Shown here in pieces: positions 44,367-53,176 of a DNA stretch of 64,000 bases. Under the pieces are notes generated by a model. The model worked only from the letters and a program-made list of their open reading frames with translations. It searched no databases and had not been told where the DNA came from. The DNA comes from Gemmatimonadales bacterium (GTDB lineage: Bacteria > Gemmatimonadota > Gemmatimonadetes > Gemmatimonadales > GWC2-71-9): positions 1,629 through 65,628 of the forward strand of contig DATBJH010000079.1 in the NCBI GenBank assembly GCA_036556505.1, given 5' to 3'. The position numbers were made by a program, and so were the translations under genes. The stretch's first letter is position 1. Each line of letters starts with the position of its first letter.

Positions 44367-44405
44367 TCGAGAGGGGCCTTGGGGAGATTCCGGGGCCCCT
44401 CTCGA
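44367..44405. terminator. Perfect 12-bp stem hairpin between convergent genes (bidirectional terminator candidate)
   Basis: TCGAGAGGGGCC (44367-44378) pairs with GGCCCCTCTCGA (44394-44405), with a 15-nt loop. Confidence 0.6.
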
Positions 44406-44408
44406 GCT

Positions 44409-44885
44409 TCACTCACCGGAGCCGATCGACTTTCGCCGTGCATAGTCGAGTCCCCACTCCAGCAGATCGGCGCTGCGCAGTCCCATCCGCATGGCCTGGA
44501 CGGTCGCGTCCTCCTCGGTGAGGCCGTGCTCCAGCATCAGGTGCGGAAGCAGCGCGCCACCGACCCTGCTTCCACTGCCGCAATGCACGAAGAGCGGACG
44601 ATCGCCCGCCTGGCGGAGAACCTGGTGGATCCGTTCCAGCGTGGCATCCGTCATGGTTCCCGTGGTTACCGGGGCCACCATATACTCGAGGCCGAGTCGC
44701 TGGGTGGTCGCCAGCTCGTCCAGCGGCCTCGGCTCCATCGGGTCGCGCAGGTCCAGGACGATCCCGCCACCCGCTGCCTGAAAGGCCTCCAGGTCAGCAG
44801 TGGTCGGCTGGCCGCCGGTGACCACGTTGGGAAGGATCTGGCAGGCGTTGGGCACCCGCTGGAGGGCCTGGAAAGCGGTCGGCAT
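44409..44885 (-). CDS. DUF442/PTP-like (CX5R) phosphatase-fold protein
   Basis: ORF trimmed to MPTAFQALQ... VHCGSGSRVG matches the Cys-X5-Arg P-loop. The family resembles TIGR01244-type beta-lactamase-hydrolase-like proteins. Confidence 0.75.
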   Translation of the reverse strand: MPTAFQALQRVPNACQILPNVVTGGQPTTADLEAFQAAGGGIVLDLRDPMEPRPLDELATTQRLGLEYMVAPVTTGTMTDATLERIHQVLRQAGDRPLFVHCGSGSRVGGALLPHLMLEHGLTEEDATVQAMRMGLRSADLLEWGLDYARRKSIGSGE

Positions 44886-44934
44886 AGCGGGAAAAGCTAT
44901 CAGGACTCCTCCCGCCAGACTATGACCAGTCGCG

Positions 44935-45444
44935 CTAGCCGGCACGGTGCACGGGGTCCGACTCATCCTCGGAGGGATAGCCCTCCAGCGTGACCTGGAG
45001 CACCTGCTGGACCTCGTCGAGATCGAGCGGCTTTCTGAGCACGCGTACGACCTGACCGTTCACTTCCAGCCGCTTGACTTCCTCAGGCAGGACACCCGTC
45101 ATCAGGATCACGCTCGGGCCGGGGGCTCGCGAGAGCAGCGTGGCCGCCAGCTCGACCCCTCCCGCACCGGGCATGACCACGTCGGCTAGGACGAGATCGA
45201 TCCGAGGATCCTGCCGCCGCACCAGCTCGAGAGCCTCCTCGGCCGAGCTGGCCTCCAGCACCCGGTAGCCCACGTGCACCAGGAACCGCGTGACCACGCG
45301 GTTCACGGCCGCCTCGTCGTCCACGACCAGGATCACGGGAGGCGGTTCGATTTCTGGGGGCACGATCGCGTCCTGCAGGAGTGAGCGGTGAGAAGTCGCG
45401 TGAGTAACCGACGACTCGTGCAAGAGTCGGACCCGGGAGACCAC
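44935..45444 (-). CDS. Stand-alone response regulator receiver protein
   Basis: ILVVDDEAAV...DLVLADVVMPGAGG...ILMTG...LRKP receiver motifs. The start is uncertain. Confidence 0.8.
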   Translation of the reverse strand: MVSRVRLLHESSVTHATSHRSLLQDAIVPPEIEPPPVILVVDDEAAVNRVVTRFLVHVGYRVLEASSAEEALELVRRQDPRIDLVLADVVMPGAGGVELAATLLSRAPGPSVILMTGVLPEEVKRLEVNGQVVRVLRKPLDLDEVQQVLQVTLEGYPSEDESDPVHRAG

Positions 45445-45531
45445 GATGTTTTACCTGCGGGTAGCCGCCGCTTGTCATTGCCGCGCCACAACAATTGGCG
45501 GAGACCGCCAACAGGAGTCTACATTTCCAGC

Positions 45532-47349
45532 GTGCTCCGCCTCGCGATCGCGCAGTTACGGCCCCATAAGGGCGCCTACGAGGAGAATCTCTGCCGGCTC
45601 GGAGCGTACTTCCGGGAGGCCGGTGGGTGGGCGGAGCCGCCCGATCTGGTCGTGGCGCCGGAGGCGGCGCTCACCGGCTACTTTCTCGAGGGCGGGGTTC
45701 GCGATCTCGCTGTTCCCGGCGAGCGGCTGTTCGAGGATCTGTCCCGCCAGCACCGCGACGCCAAGGCCCCGCCCCTCGACGTCGCGCTCGGCTTTTACGA
45801 GCTGCACCAGAACCGGCTCTACAACTCCGCGCTCTATGCCCGACTGGGAGACGGCGACGCCGGCATCCGCCACATCCACCGGAAGGTGTTCCTCCCGACC
45901 TACGGCGTCTTCGACGAGGAGCGCTTTGTCGAGGCGGGTCGGAGCGTGCAGGCGTTCGACACGACCTGGGGACGCGCCGCCATTCTCATCTGCGAGGACG
46001 CCTGGCACTCTTTCGCCCCGATGCTCGCCGCCCTGGACGGAGCGCAGGTCATCATCATCCCGAGCGCGAGCCCGGCACGGGGCCCGGTGCCGGGCGAAGA
46101 CGGCGGGGGGCGGCCCGCGAGCCTGGCGCGGTGGAGCCGGATCGTCCAGGACATCGCCGGTGAGCACGGCGTCTTCGTCGCCCTTGCCCAGCTGGTAGGC
46201 TTCGAGGGCGGCAAGGCGTTCATCGGCGGCTCCCTGGCTGCCACCCCGCGCGGGGAGGTGATCGCTGAAGGGCCCATCTTCGAGGAAGCACTGGTCCCCG
46301 CACACCTGGACTTCGAGGAGATCACCCGGGCCCGCGCCGACTTGCCGCTGCTGGCCGACCTGGAGATGCGGTTGCCGCACCTGCTGGGATCGCTGCACGC
46401 GGCGAGGCGGGAGAGGGGCCGGACTGGTGGGACGGCGGGACAGCGGGACGGTGGGACGGAGACGGCCCTCAAGCAGCGGACCCCGAAGTCCCGCGAGCAC
46501 CGTCCCGCGGTCCCGCGGTCCCGCCGTCCCGCCGCCCCTCTGGAGATCGACCCCGAGCTCACCCGCCGCTGGCTGGTGGAGTTCCTCCGCGACGAGGTCC
46601 AGCGCCGTCGGGGATTCGAGAAGGTGGTGATCGGCCTGTCCGGCGGGGTGGATAGCTCGCTGGTGGCCTACCTGTCAGCGGAGGCGCTTGGCGCCGGGAA
46701 CGTCATCGGGGTGCGGATGCCCTATCGGACCTCGAGCCCGGAGAGCCTGGAGCACGCTCAGCTGGTGATCGATCGGCTCGGGATCGAGGGCCGCACGGTG
46801 GACATCACGGCGGCGGTGGATGGACTGGCCTCGGCGATCGGCGGCGGCCACGAGCCCGGGCGGCTGGGCAACATCATGGCGCGGGCCCGCATGATCACCC
46901 TCTTCGACCTCTCCGCGGCCGAACGGGCCCTCCCGGTGGGCACCGGCAACAAGACCGAGCGACTGCTGGGCTACTTCACTTGGCACGCCGACGATTCGCC
47001 GCCGGTGAACCCGATCGGCGATCTGTTCAAGACCCAGGTGTGGACGCTCGCGCGACACCTGCAGGTGCCCGAGGCCATTGTCTCCAAGCCCGCCAGCGCC
47101 GACCTGATCCAGGGCCAGACGGACGAGGGCGATTTCGGCATCTCCTATCCCCGCGCCGACGCCATCCTCCACTGGATTCTCCTCGGCTACCGGAACCCCG
47201 AGATCCTGCCGCTCGGATTCACCGAGGAGGAGATTGCCTTGGTCCGCCGGCGGCTGGACTCGACCCACTGGAAGCGGCGCCTGCCCACGGTGGCGATGCT
47301 CAGCGGAACCGCCATCGGCGAGTACTACCTGCGGCCGGTGGACTACTAG
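45532..47349 (+). CDS. nadE: Glutamine-dependent NAD+ synthetase (nitrilase/CN-hydrolase domain + NAD synthetase domain)
   Basis: GTG start at 45532 (LRLAIAQLRP). CN-hydrolase Glu/Lys/Cys region (APEAALTGY, HRKVFLPTYGVFDE, ILICEDAWH). PP-loop GLSGGVDSS. An unusual Arg/Gly/Pro-rich linker is encoded by a palindromic repeat. Confidence 0.9.
   Translation: MLRLAIAQLRPHKGAYEENLCRLGAYFREAGGWAEPPDLVVAPEAALTGYFLEGGVRDLAVPGERLFEDLSRQHRDAKAPPLDVALGFYELHQNRLYNSALYARLGDGDAGIRHIHRKVFLPTYGVFDEERFVEAGRSVQAFDTTWGRAAILICEDAWHSFAPMLAALDGAQVIIIPSASPARGPVPGEDGGGRPASLARWSRIVQDIAGEHGVFVALAQLVGFEGGKAFIGGSLAATPRGEVIAEGPIFEEALVPAHLDFEEITRARADLPLLADLEMRLPHLLGSLHAARRERGRTGGTAGQRDGGTETALKQRTPKSREHRPAVPRSRRPAAPLEIDPELTRRWLVEFLRDEVQRRRGFEKVVIGLSGGVDSSLVAYLSAEALGAGNVIGVRMPYRTSSPESLEHAQLVIDRLGIEGRTVDITAAVDGLASAIGGGHEPGRLGNIMARARMITLFDLSAAERALPVGTGNKTERLLGYFTWHADDSPPVNPIGDLFKTQVWTLARHLQVPEAIVSKPASADLIQGQTDEGDFGISYPRADAILHWILLGYRNPEILPLGFTEEEIALVRRRLDSTHWKRRLPTVAMLSGTAIGEYYLRPVDY
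46426..46538. repeat. Tandem-octamer palindromic element, type C (GGGACGGN arms), inside nadE
   Basis: Left arm GGT GGGACGGC GGGACAGC GGGACGGT GGGACGGA GACGG (46426-46465). Right arm CCGTCCCG CGGTCCCG CGGTCCCG CCGTCCCG CCGCCCC (46500-46538). Confidence 0.6.
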
Positions 47350-47354
47350 CGCGC

Positions 47355-49175
47355 TCAGGAGCCGTTCCCTGCCCGGGACAGCCTGCGGTTCAGGTCGTAC
47401 GCCGCACTGATGAGCGCCAGGTGGGTGAAGGCCTGAGGATAGTTGCCGAGGTGCTCGCCCGAAGGGCCGATCTCCTCCCCGTACAGACCGACGTGGCTGG
47501 AGTATCCCAGCATCTTCTCGAAAAGAAAACGAGCCTTCTGCAGATCGCCCGAGCGTGACAGGCACTCGATGTACCAGAAGGAGCAGATCGAGAAGCTGCC
47601 CTCGGCGCCTTCCAACCCGTCCGTTTCCGGACCTTCGATCTCGTAGCGGTACACCAGCGAATCCTCCACCAACCGCTGCTCCACCGCACGCAGGGTGGAG
47701 AGCCACCTCGGGTCGGTCGCCGAGATGAAGCGCACCAGCGGCATGATCAGGCAGGACGCGTCCAGGCGGCTGGTGCCTTTCACGCCTACGAACGCTTCGA
47801 GCTTCGGGTCCCAGAACCCTTCGTGGACCTCGCGATAGATGTCGTCCCGCGCCTCCCGCCAGCGCGCCAGCGGCGCCGGGAACGAGCGCTTCACCGCCAT
47901 GCGGATTCCCCGGTCGATCGCGACCCAGCAGAGAAGCCGAGAGTAGAGGAACTCGTGCCGTCCGCTGCGCACCTCCCAGACACCGTCGTCGGGCTGGCGC
48001 CAGTTCCCGGCCACCCAATCCACCAGCGCGGCGATCCGGCTCCAGAGGCTGTAACTGGTGGACTCCCGGAACTTGTCGAACAGGTAGATCGCGTCCAGCA
48101 GCTCGCCGTAGATGTCGAGCTGCAGCTGTTCGGAGGCGGCGTTCCCGATCCGCACCGGTCGCGACCCCCGGTAACCCTCGAGGTGGTCCAGGGTCCGCTC
48201 GGTGAGGTCGGTGCCGCCGCCGATGGTGTAGAGGGTCCGCAGCGTCTCGGGTCGGGCGGACTCGAAGCGCTCGGCGAGCCAGGCGATGAACGCCCCGGTT
48301 TCGTCGGTCATTCCCAGCCGGGTCAGCCCGTACAGCGTGAATGAGGCATCCCTGATCCAGGAATAGCGATAGTCCCAGTTGCGCACCCCGCCGATCGTCT
48401 CGGGGAGGCCGAAGGTGGCGGCGGCCACGATGGAGCCGCTCCACCGGGCATTGAGCAGCTTGAGGGTGAGGGCGGAGCGGTGAACCTCGTCCCGCCAGCG
48501 GCCGGTGTAGGTGGAGCGGCTGATCCACTGCCGCCAGAAGTTCATCGTGGCCTTGAACGAGTCGGTGACGTACGCATCCAGGTCGGTCGGATACTGGTCG
48601 TCGCCCGCCACCTGTTCCAGGATGAAGGTGGCCGTCTGACCCGCGGCCAGTGTGAACTCGCAGACGGCGTCGGCGTGCTCGACGCGGAGCGGGATCGTGG
48701 ATGACAGCCGCAGCACGGTCCCGTCCACTCCGGTGAACACGATGCCCCGCGGCGTCGCTTCGGCGGTTGGTGTCGCACGGGCGTAGTCGAACCGGGGCCC
48801 ACACCGGACGCGATACCCGATCTCTCCCCGCACGGTCTTGACCCGTCGAACCACCCGGCTGGTGTGCTCACATGGATGCACCGGCATGAAGTCGGAGATC
48901 TCCACCACCCCCTCGGTGGCGAGAAACCGGGTGAGCAGCAGGTTGGTGTCGGGCAGGTAGAGCTGCTTGTGGCGCGGCTGGTCGAGCGCGGGGGTGATCG
49001 CGAAGCAGCCGCCCTTGTCGGCGTCGAGCAGGCTGGCGAAGACCGAGGGAGAATCGAAGTGGGGAAGGCAGAGGAAGTCGATGGTCGCGTCGAGCGTCAC
49101 CAGCGCTGCCGTCTGGAGGTCGCCGATGATGGCGTGCGACTCGATCGGGGGATACCGGCCGTCGCTACCCCTCAT
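47355..49175 (-). CDS. Glycoside hydrolase family 15 (glucoamylase/trehalase-like)
   Basis: 606 aa. N-terminal IESHAIIGDLQTAALV, and catalytic-domain blocks WDYRYSWIRDASF, LYGEEIGPSGEHLGNYPQAFTHLALI. Confidence 0.9.
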   Translation of the reverse strand: MRGSDGRYPPIESHAIIGDLQTAALVTLDATIDFLCLPHFDSPSVFASLLDADKGGCFAITPALDQPRHKQLYLPDTNLLLTRFLATEGVVEISDFMPVHPCEHTSRVVRRVKTVRGEIGYRVRCGPRFDYARATPTAEATPRGIVFTGVDGTVLRLSSTIPLRVEHADAVCEFTLAAGQTATFILEQVAGDDQYPTDLDAYVTDSFKATMNFWRQWISRSTYTGRWRDEVHRSALTLKLLNARWSGSIVAAATFGLPETIGGVRNWDYRYSWIRDASFTLYGLTRLGMTDETGAFIAWLAERFESARPETLRTLYTIGGGTDLTERTLDHLEGYRGSRPVRIGNAASEQLQLDIYGELLDAIYLFDKFRESTSYSLWSRIAALVDWVAGNWRQPDDGVWEVRSGRHEFLYSRLLCWVAIDRGIRMAVKRSFPAPLARWREARDDIYREVHEGFWDPKLEAFVGVKGTSRLDASCLIMPLVRFISATDPRWLSTLRAVEQRLVEDSLVYRYEIEGPETDGLEGAEGSFSICSFWYIECLSRSGDLQKARFLFEKMLGYSSHVGLYGEEIGPSGEHLGNYPQAFTHLALISAAYDLNRRLSRAGNGS

Positions 49176-50287
49176 TCCGACTCCCCTACTGCGATGACGT
49201 CTTTGATGCCTCCGTTCGTCGCTCGCTCGCAGAAGCGGGACATGGGGTAACGGCCGGTAATCAGAGCCTCGAGGGCTCCGGGCCAGCGCTCGCGGATCGC
49301 AAGGAGGTCCCGCGCGGCGGATTCGAAGTCGATCCGGCCGGCGTTCACCGTACCGACCACGGCCTGATTGCGGAGCACGAGGTTGCGCATGATGGCATCC
49401 CCGGGCACCTCGATGCGATGCTTGCGCCCGGGCACACCGGTGAAGATGAACACGCCGTTGGCCCCGAGCTGCGGCAAGACGGCGAAGGCGAGCTGAGAGG
49501 CGCCGGCGGCCTCGTAGACCATATCGATTCCGCCCAGGAGGGCGGTCAGCTCCGAGGTAGGTACCTCTGTCGAGGAGAGATACCTGCCCCCCAGGCGGCG
49601 GATCAACCCGGCACGGGGGTCGTCCGATCCGCCGCGAGAATAGACGGTGACGGCGAACCCGCGGAGCCGCAGGAGCATGCAGCCGAGGATCCCCACGGGC
49701 CCCGCGCCGAGAACGAGGGCGGTTCCATCCTTCAACAGCTCGGCCTCCTCGGCTGCGGCCAGCCAGGGGAGACGCCGTCGGACTTCGACGAACTGCCGGA
49801 TCGCCTTCTCGGCGATCGTCAGCGGCTCGGTGAGCACGCCCACCGGGCGGAGCTCCGGCGCCAGGCGGACGAGATACCGCTCGTCCTCCACCACTTCCTC
49901 TGCCAGAAAGCCGTGGGCGCCGACGATGCCCCGCTCGGTGTAAGCGCCGGTCTCACAGAAGTCCTGGTGCCCCGATCGGCAGGCGCGGCATTCGGGCCGA
50001 CGGCACGGGCGACGCACCATCGGCACCACGAGATCACCGGGGGCGAGCCTCGACCCGCCGGCGCCGACTTCCACCACGCGACCCAGGCCTTCGTGCCCGA
50101 CCACCAGGTGGTCCTCGCCGGGCGGGGGCGTTCCTCCATAGTCGAAGCGACAGATCTCGGTGTCGGTGCCGCAGATGCCGACGTCGAGCATTCGGAGCCG
50201 CACCGAGGCTGGCGACGCCAGGACCGGTGCGGATTGCTCCTCCACCCCGACCCGGCGACGCGCCGGCCACACGGCGACGGCCTTCAT
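49172..50287 (-). CDS. Zinc-dependent medium-chain dehydrogenase (glucose 1-dehydrogenase/threonine dehydrogenase-like)
   Basis: Trimmed to MKAVAV. GICGTD, GHEGLGRVVEV, Cys cluster CRRPECRACRSGHQDFC, Rossmann LVLGAGPVG. ATGA overlap with the GH15 start. Confidence 0.85.
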   Translation of the reverse strand: MKAVAVWPARRRVGVEEQSAPVLASPASVRLRMLDVGICGTDTEICRFDYGGTPPPGEDHLVVGHEGLGRVVEVGAGGSRLAPGDLVVPMVRRPCRRPECRACRSGHQDFCETGAYTERGIVGAHGFLAEEVVEDERYLVRLAPELRPVGVLTEPLTIAEKAIRQFVEVRRRLPWLAAAEEAELLKDGTALVLGAGPVGILGCMLLRLRGFAVTVYSRGGSDDPRAGLIRRLGGRYLSSTEVPTSELTALLGGIDMVYEAAGASQLAFAVLPQLGANGVFIFTGVPGRKHRIEVPGDAIMRNLVLRNQAVVGTVNAGRIDFESAARDLLAIRERWPGALEALITGRYPMSRFCERATNGGIKDVIAVGESE

Positions 50288-50364
50288 CCTCGCGTCTCCA
50301 TTGCCGAAGGTTTGCTCCGTTCGCGCGCCCTTGCAATCCCGTGAGGACGCTCCAAACTTGGGCC

Positions 50365-50838
50365 ATGATTCCCGACTCCCGGCCAATGTCGTTCTCGGTG
50401 GGCACGATCACCACCTTCGTCATGCCCCACATGCAGAACGTCCGCGGCGATCTGTTCGGTGGTGAGCTGATGGCCCTGGTGGACCAGGCCGCGGCCGTGG
50501 CGGCCATCCGGCACGCCGGTGGGCCGGCGGTCACGGCGAGCATCGACCGGGTGGATTTCAAGGAGCGGATCCCGGTGGGGGCGCTGGTCACCTGCGTCGC
50601 CACGGTGGACTATGTAGGCAACTCATCCATGGACATCAGCGTCGAGGTCTACGCCGAGCGCATCAGCACCGGCGAGAAGCGCCACACCAACACCGCCCAC
50701 GTCGTGTTCGTCGCCATCGACGCCGAGGGCAGACCCAGGAGAGTGCCCCGACTGGTGCCGGAGACCGGGGAGGAGCGGGAGCGGTACGCCAGGGCGGAGC
50801 AGCATCGCCACCGGCAGAAGCAGCCCCAACCCCAGTGA
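50365..50838 (+). CDS. Acyl-CoA thioesterase (hotdog fold)
   Basis: Trimmed to MIPDSRP. MPHMQNVRGDLFGGELMALVDQAAAVAA...ASIDRVDFKERIPVGALV is typical of the YciA/Acot type. Confidence 0.85.
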   Translation: MIPDSRPMSFSVGTITTFVMPHMQNVRGDLFGGELMALVDQAAAVAAIRHAGGPAVTASIDRVDFKERIPVGALVTCVATVDYVGNSSMDISVEVYAERISTGEKRHTNTAHVVFVAIDAEGRPRRVPRLVPETGEERERYARAEQHRHRQKQPQPQ

Positions 50839-51665
50839 GTCCAGCGGGTGTCACTCTGGTTCTGAGCGGCGGCGGCGCCAAGTCCGCCGCTCACATCGGC
50901 GCCGCCCTGGCGCTGGCGGAGTTCGGGCTGACGCCGGTGCGGTATATCGCGGCCTCCATGGGCGCCGTCATCGCGGTGGCGCTGGCCGCCCGGCTCGACC
51001 CCGACGCACTGCTGGCGCGGCTGGCAGAGGCGGGAAGGACCGGTATCGTGAAGGATCCGTTCGCGTTCATGAGCGGCCTCTTCGCCCGGTCCCTGCTCCG
51101 GCCCCGGCCGTTCCGCGACGCGATCGAGCGCCTGGTGCCCGTCCGACGGTTCTCCGACCTCTCGGTGCCCGTCACGGTCACGGTCACCCACCTCGACACG
51201 GGTGAGCTGCTCCTGTTCGGGGACGGCGGCGAGGACGCGCCGGTGGTGGACGTGCTCTGCGCCACCTGTGCGCTGCCGATGTACTATCCGCCGGTGCAGC
51301 TGGGAGGTCGTCGCTGCGGCGACGGCGGGCTCCGGGGGCCGCTGCCGCTCGATGTCGCGGCCCGGTTCGCGCGCGAGGCCGTGGTGGCGGTGGATGTCGG
51401 ACCGGGGTTCGACGCGGAGCCGGGGTCCGTCCCGGACGCGCCGCAGATGGTGCGGGCCCACGACGATGCCGTCGGCACGCTCATGGCCCAGACGACGGCC
51501 AGCCAGCTTGCCCTCTGGGGAAGCGACCCGTCGCGGCCCCCGCTGGTCTACATCCGACCGCGGTTGGAGCGGGCCGCGACCTTCCGCGTGGAACGCGTGC
51601 GGCAGTACGCCTCGGACGGGCACGCGGCGGCGCGCGAGGCGCTCGCGAGCGCGGCGCGGCCTTGA
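50835..51665 (+). CDS. Patatin-like phospholipase
   Basis: LVLSGGGAKSAAHIG (oxyanion GGG), ASMGA (GxSxG), and a later DGG (catalytic Asp). GTGA start overlap. Confidence 0.85.
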   Translation: MSPAGVTLVLSGGGAKSAAHIGAALALAEFGLTPVRYIAASMGAVIAVALAARLDPDALLARLAEAGRTGIVKDPFAFMSGLFARSLLRPRPFRDAIERLVPVRRFSDLSVPVTVTVTHLDTGELLLFGDGGEDAPVVDVLCATCALPMYYPPVQLGGRRCGDGGLRGPLPLDVAARFAREAVVAVDVGPGFDAEPGSVPDAPQMVRAHDDAVGTLMAQTTASQLALWGSDPSRPPLVYIRPRLERAATFRVERVRQYASDGHAAAREALASAARP

Positions 51666-51696
51666 CCCTCATCTTCCAGGGGTCAAATTCACCAGC

Positions 51697-52104
51697 ATGA
51701 AAGCTTCGGAAGCAATGGTGGCCGACCCGCACGTCGCGGTGGCGGGCGCGATGGCCAGCGAAGTCGCGATCATGCTCAAGACCCGCAACATCTCGGTGGT
51801 CCCGGTGGTGGACGACCACCGCACCCGTCGCTTCCTCGGCACGCTGAGCGACCGTGACCTCGTCACCCGGTGCCTCGCGGAGGGGAAGCACCCCTGGCAC
51901 ACCCGGGCCGACTCGCTGATGCGGACCAACTCGCCCGTGGTACGGCCCGACCAGGAAATGGAAGGATTCACCATCCGCATGGACCTGGACCCCAACGAGT
52001 CGCACCTTCGGCCCACGATTACGGTGGTGGACGAGGACCGCAGGGTGGTAGGCTTCATCAGCCACCCGGAGCAGGTGGCGGGCATCGAGATCGTCTGGGG
52101 GTGA
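51697..52104 (+). CDS. CBS domain pair protein
   Basis: MKASEAMVADPHV...NISVVPVVDD...GTLSDRDLV...ITVVDEDRRVVGFIS. Confidence 0.8.
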   Translation: MKASEAMVADPHVAVAGAMASEVAIMLKTRNISVVPVVDDHRTRRFLGTLSDRDLVTRCLAEGKHPWHTRADSLMRTNSPVVRPDQEMEGFTIRMDLDPNESHLRPTITVVDEDRRVVGFISHPEQVAGIEIVWG

Positions 52105-52109
52105 CTGCC

Positions 52110-52535
52110 ATGCCCGAGTTCAAGCTGTTCAGTCTGGAGGAGGCCGAGCGCACCCTGCCGCTGGTGCGGCGGATCGTGCAGGACCTCACGCTGGAGTATC
52201 CCACGTGGCGGGCGGCCGTCTCGCGCTTCGAACTCCTCACCGGTGGTGCCCGGGCCGACTGGGGGGAGACGGGAGAGCTGCTGGCGGCGCGCGAGGAAGT
52301 GACCCGCCACGCCGACCGGATTAACCGCTACCTCCAGGAGCTGGAGGCGGTGGGATGCGTCTTCAAGGGGTTCGACGCCGGCCTGGTCGACTTCTATTCG
52401 CTGCGGGAGGACCGGCCGATCTTCCTCTGCTGGAAGCTGGGCGAGGACCGGATCACCCACTGGCACGAAATCGACGCGGGTTACTCCGGCCGGCAGCCGA
52501 TCGACGGCGCGATCCTCTCCGCGACGTCCTCGTGA
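52110..52535 (+). CDS. DUF2203-like protein
   Basis: MPEFKLFSLEEAERTLPLVRRIV...GCVFKGFDAGLVDFYS...IFLCWKLGEDRITHWHE. Confidence 0.7.
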   Translation: MPEFKLFSLEEAERTLPLVRRIVQDLTLEYPTWRAAVSRFELLTGGARADWGETGELLAAREEVTRHADRINRYLQELEAVGCVFKGFDAGLVDFYSLREDRPIFLCWKLGEDRITHWHEIDAGYSGRQPIDGAILSATSS

Positions 52536-52990
52536 TCCGGCTCTGGCTCTTCCTTCACCTTCTCGGGTTCACTCTCTGGATCGGCGGGGCGCTCGCGGCC
52601 ATGGTCGCGGGGATCGCGAGTCGGCGCGAGGACCGCGCCGGCCTCGGCGCCGTGGTCCGGACTCAGGCGGCGGTGCAGAAGATCCTGGTGGCGCCGGGAG
52701 CGCTGCTCGCGGTGCTGTCAGGACTGATGCTGACGTTCACCATGACCAGCCTGCGGGGGGGCGAGGCGGGATTCAACCTGTGGCTGGTGCTGATGCAGGG
52801 CGCGGGGATCGTGGGGGCGCTCATCGTGCTAATGGTGGGTTTGCCGACCGCGGCGAAACTGGCCCGCCTGGATCCCCAAGGACCCGGGGCGGCCTACTTC
52901 GACGAGCTGCGGCAACGGCAACGGGTGGTGGGGTCGGTGGCGGGGGTGTTCGCCCTGGCGGCGCTGATCGGGGGGGCGATGCTGGCGTGA
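52532..52990 (+). CDS. Small integral membrane protein (4 predicted helices)
   Basis: GTGA start overlap. LWLFLHLLGFTLWIGGALAAMV and further hydrophobic helices. Confidence 0.6.
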   Translation: MIRLWLFLHLLGFTLWIGGALAAMVAGIASRREDRAGLGAVVRTQAAVQKILVAPGALLAVLSGLMLTFTMTSLRGGEAGFNLWLVLMQGAGIVGALIVLMVGLPTAAKLARLDPQGPGAAYFDELRQRQRVVGSVAGVFALAALIGGAMLA

Positions 52991-53176
52991 TTCGTAAATA
53001 CGCCCACCTTCACGCGACACCTCGGGATTGCCCACGGATCGGCGGTTGAGACTGGGGAGCTGCTGAGACTCGGGGTCGAAGCGGAGGTTTCCCTGCGCAC
53101 GACGGAGCGACACTGCTGTTTCATGCCAACCGGTGTTGCCAGCTGCTCCTGGGCCGCTTGAAGCGTCGCCCCAGGT

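Noticed and set aside
52991-53176. 186-nt gap between the membrane protein and the MutY-like gene, considered as a possible sRNA or small ORF (track ORFs 52894-53124 and 53133-53333).
   Set aside because: The candidate ORFs have implausible composition and no SD. I saw no clear promoter or terminator. There is nothing supportable from sequence alone.
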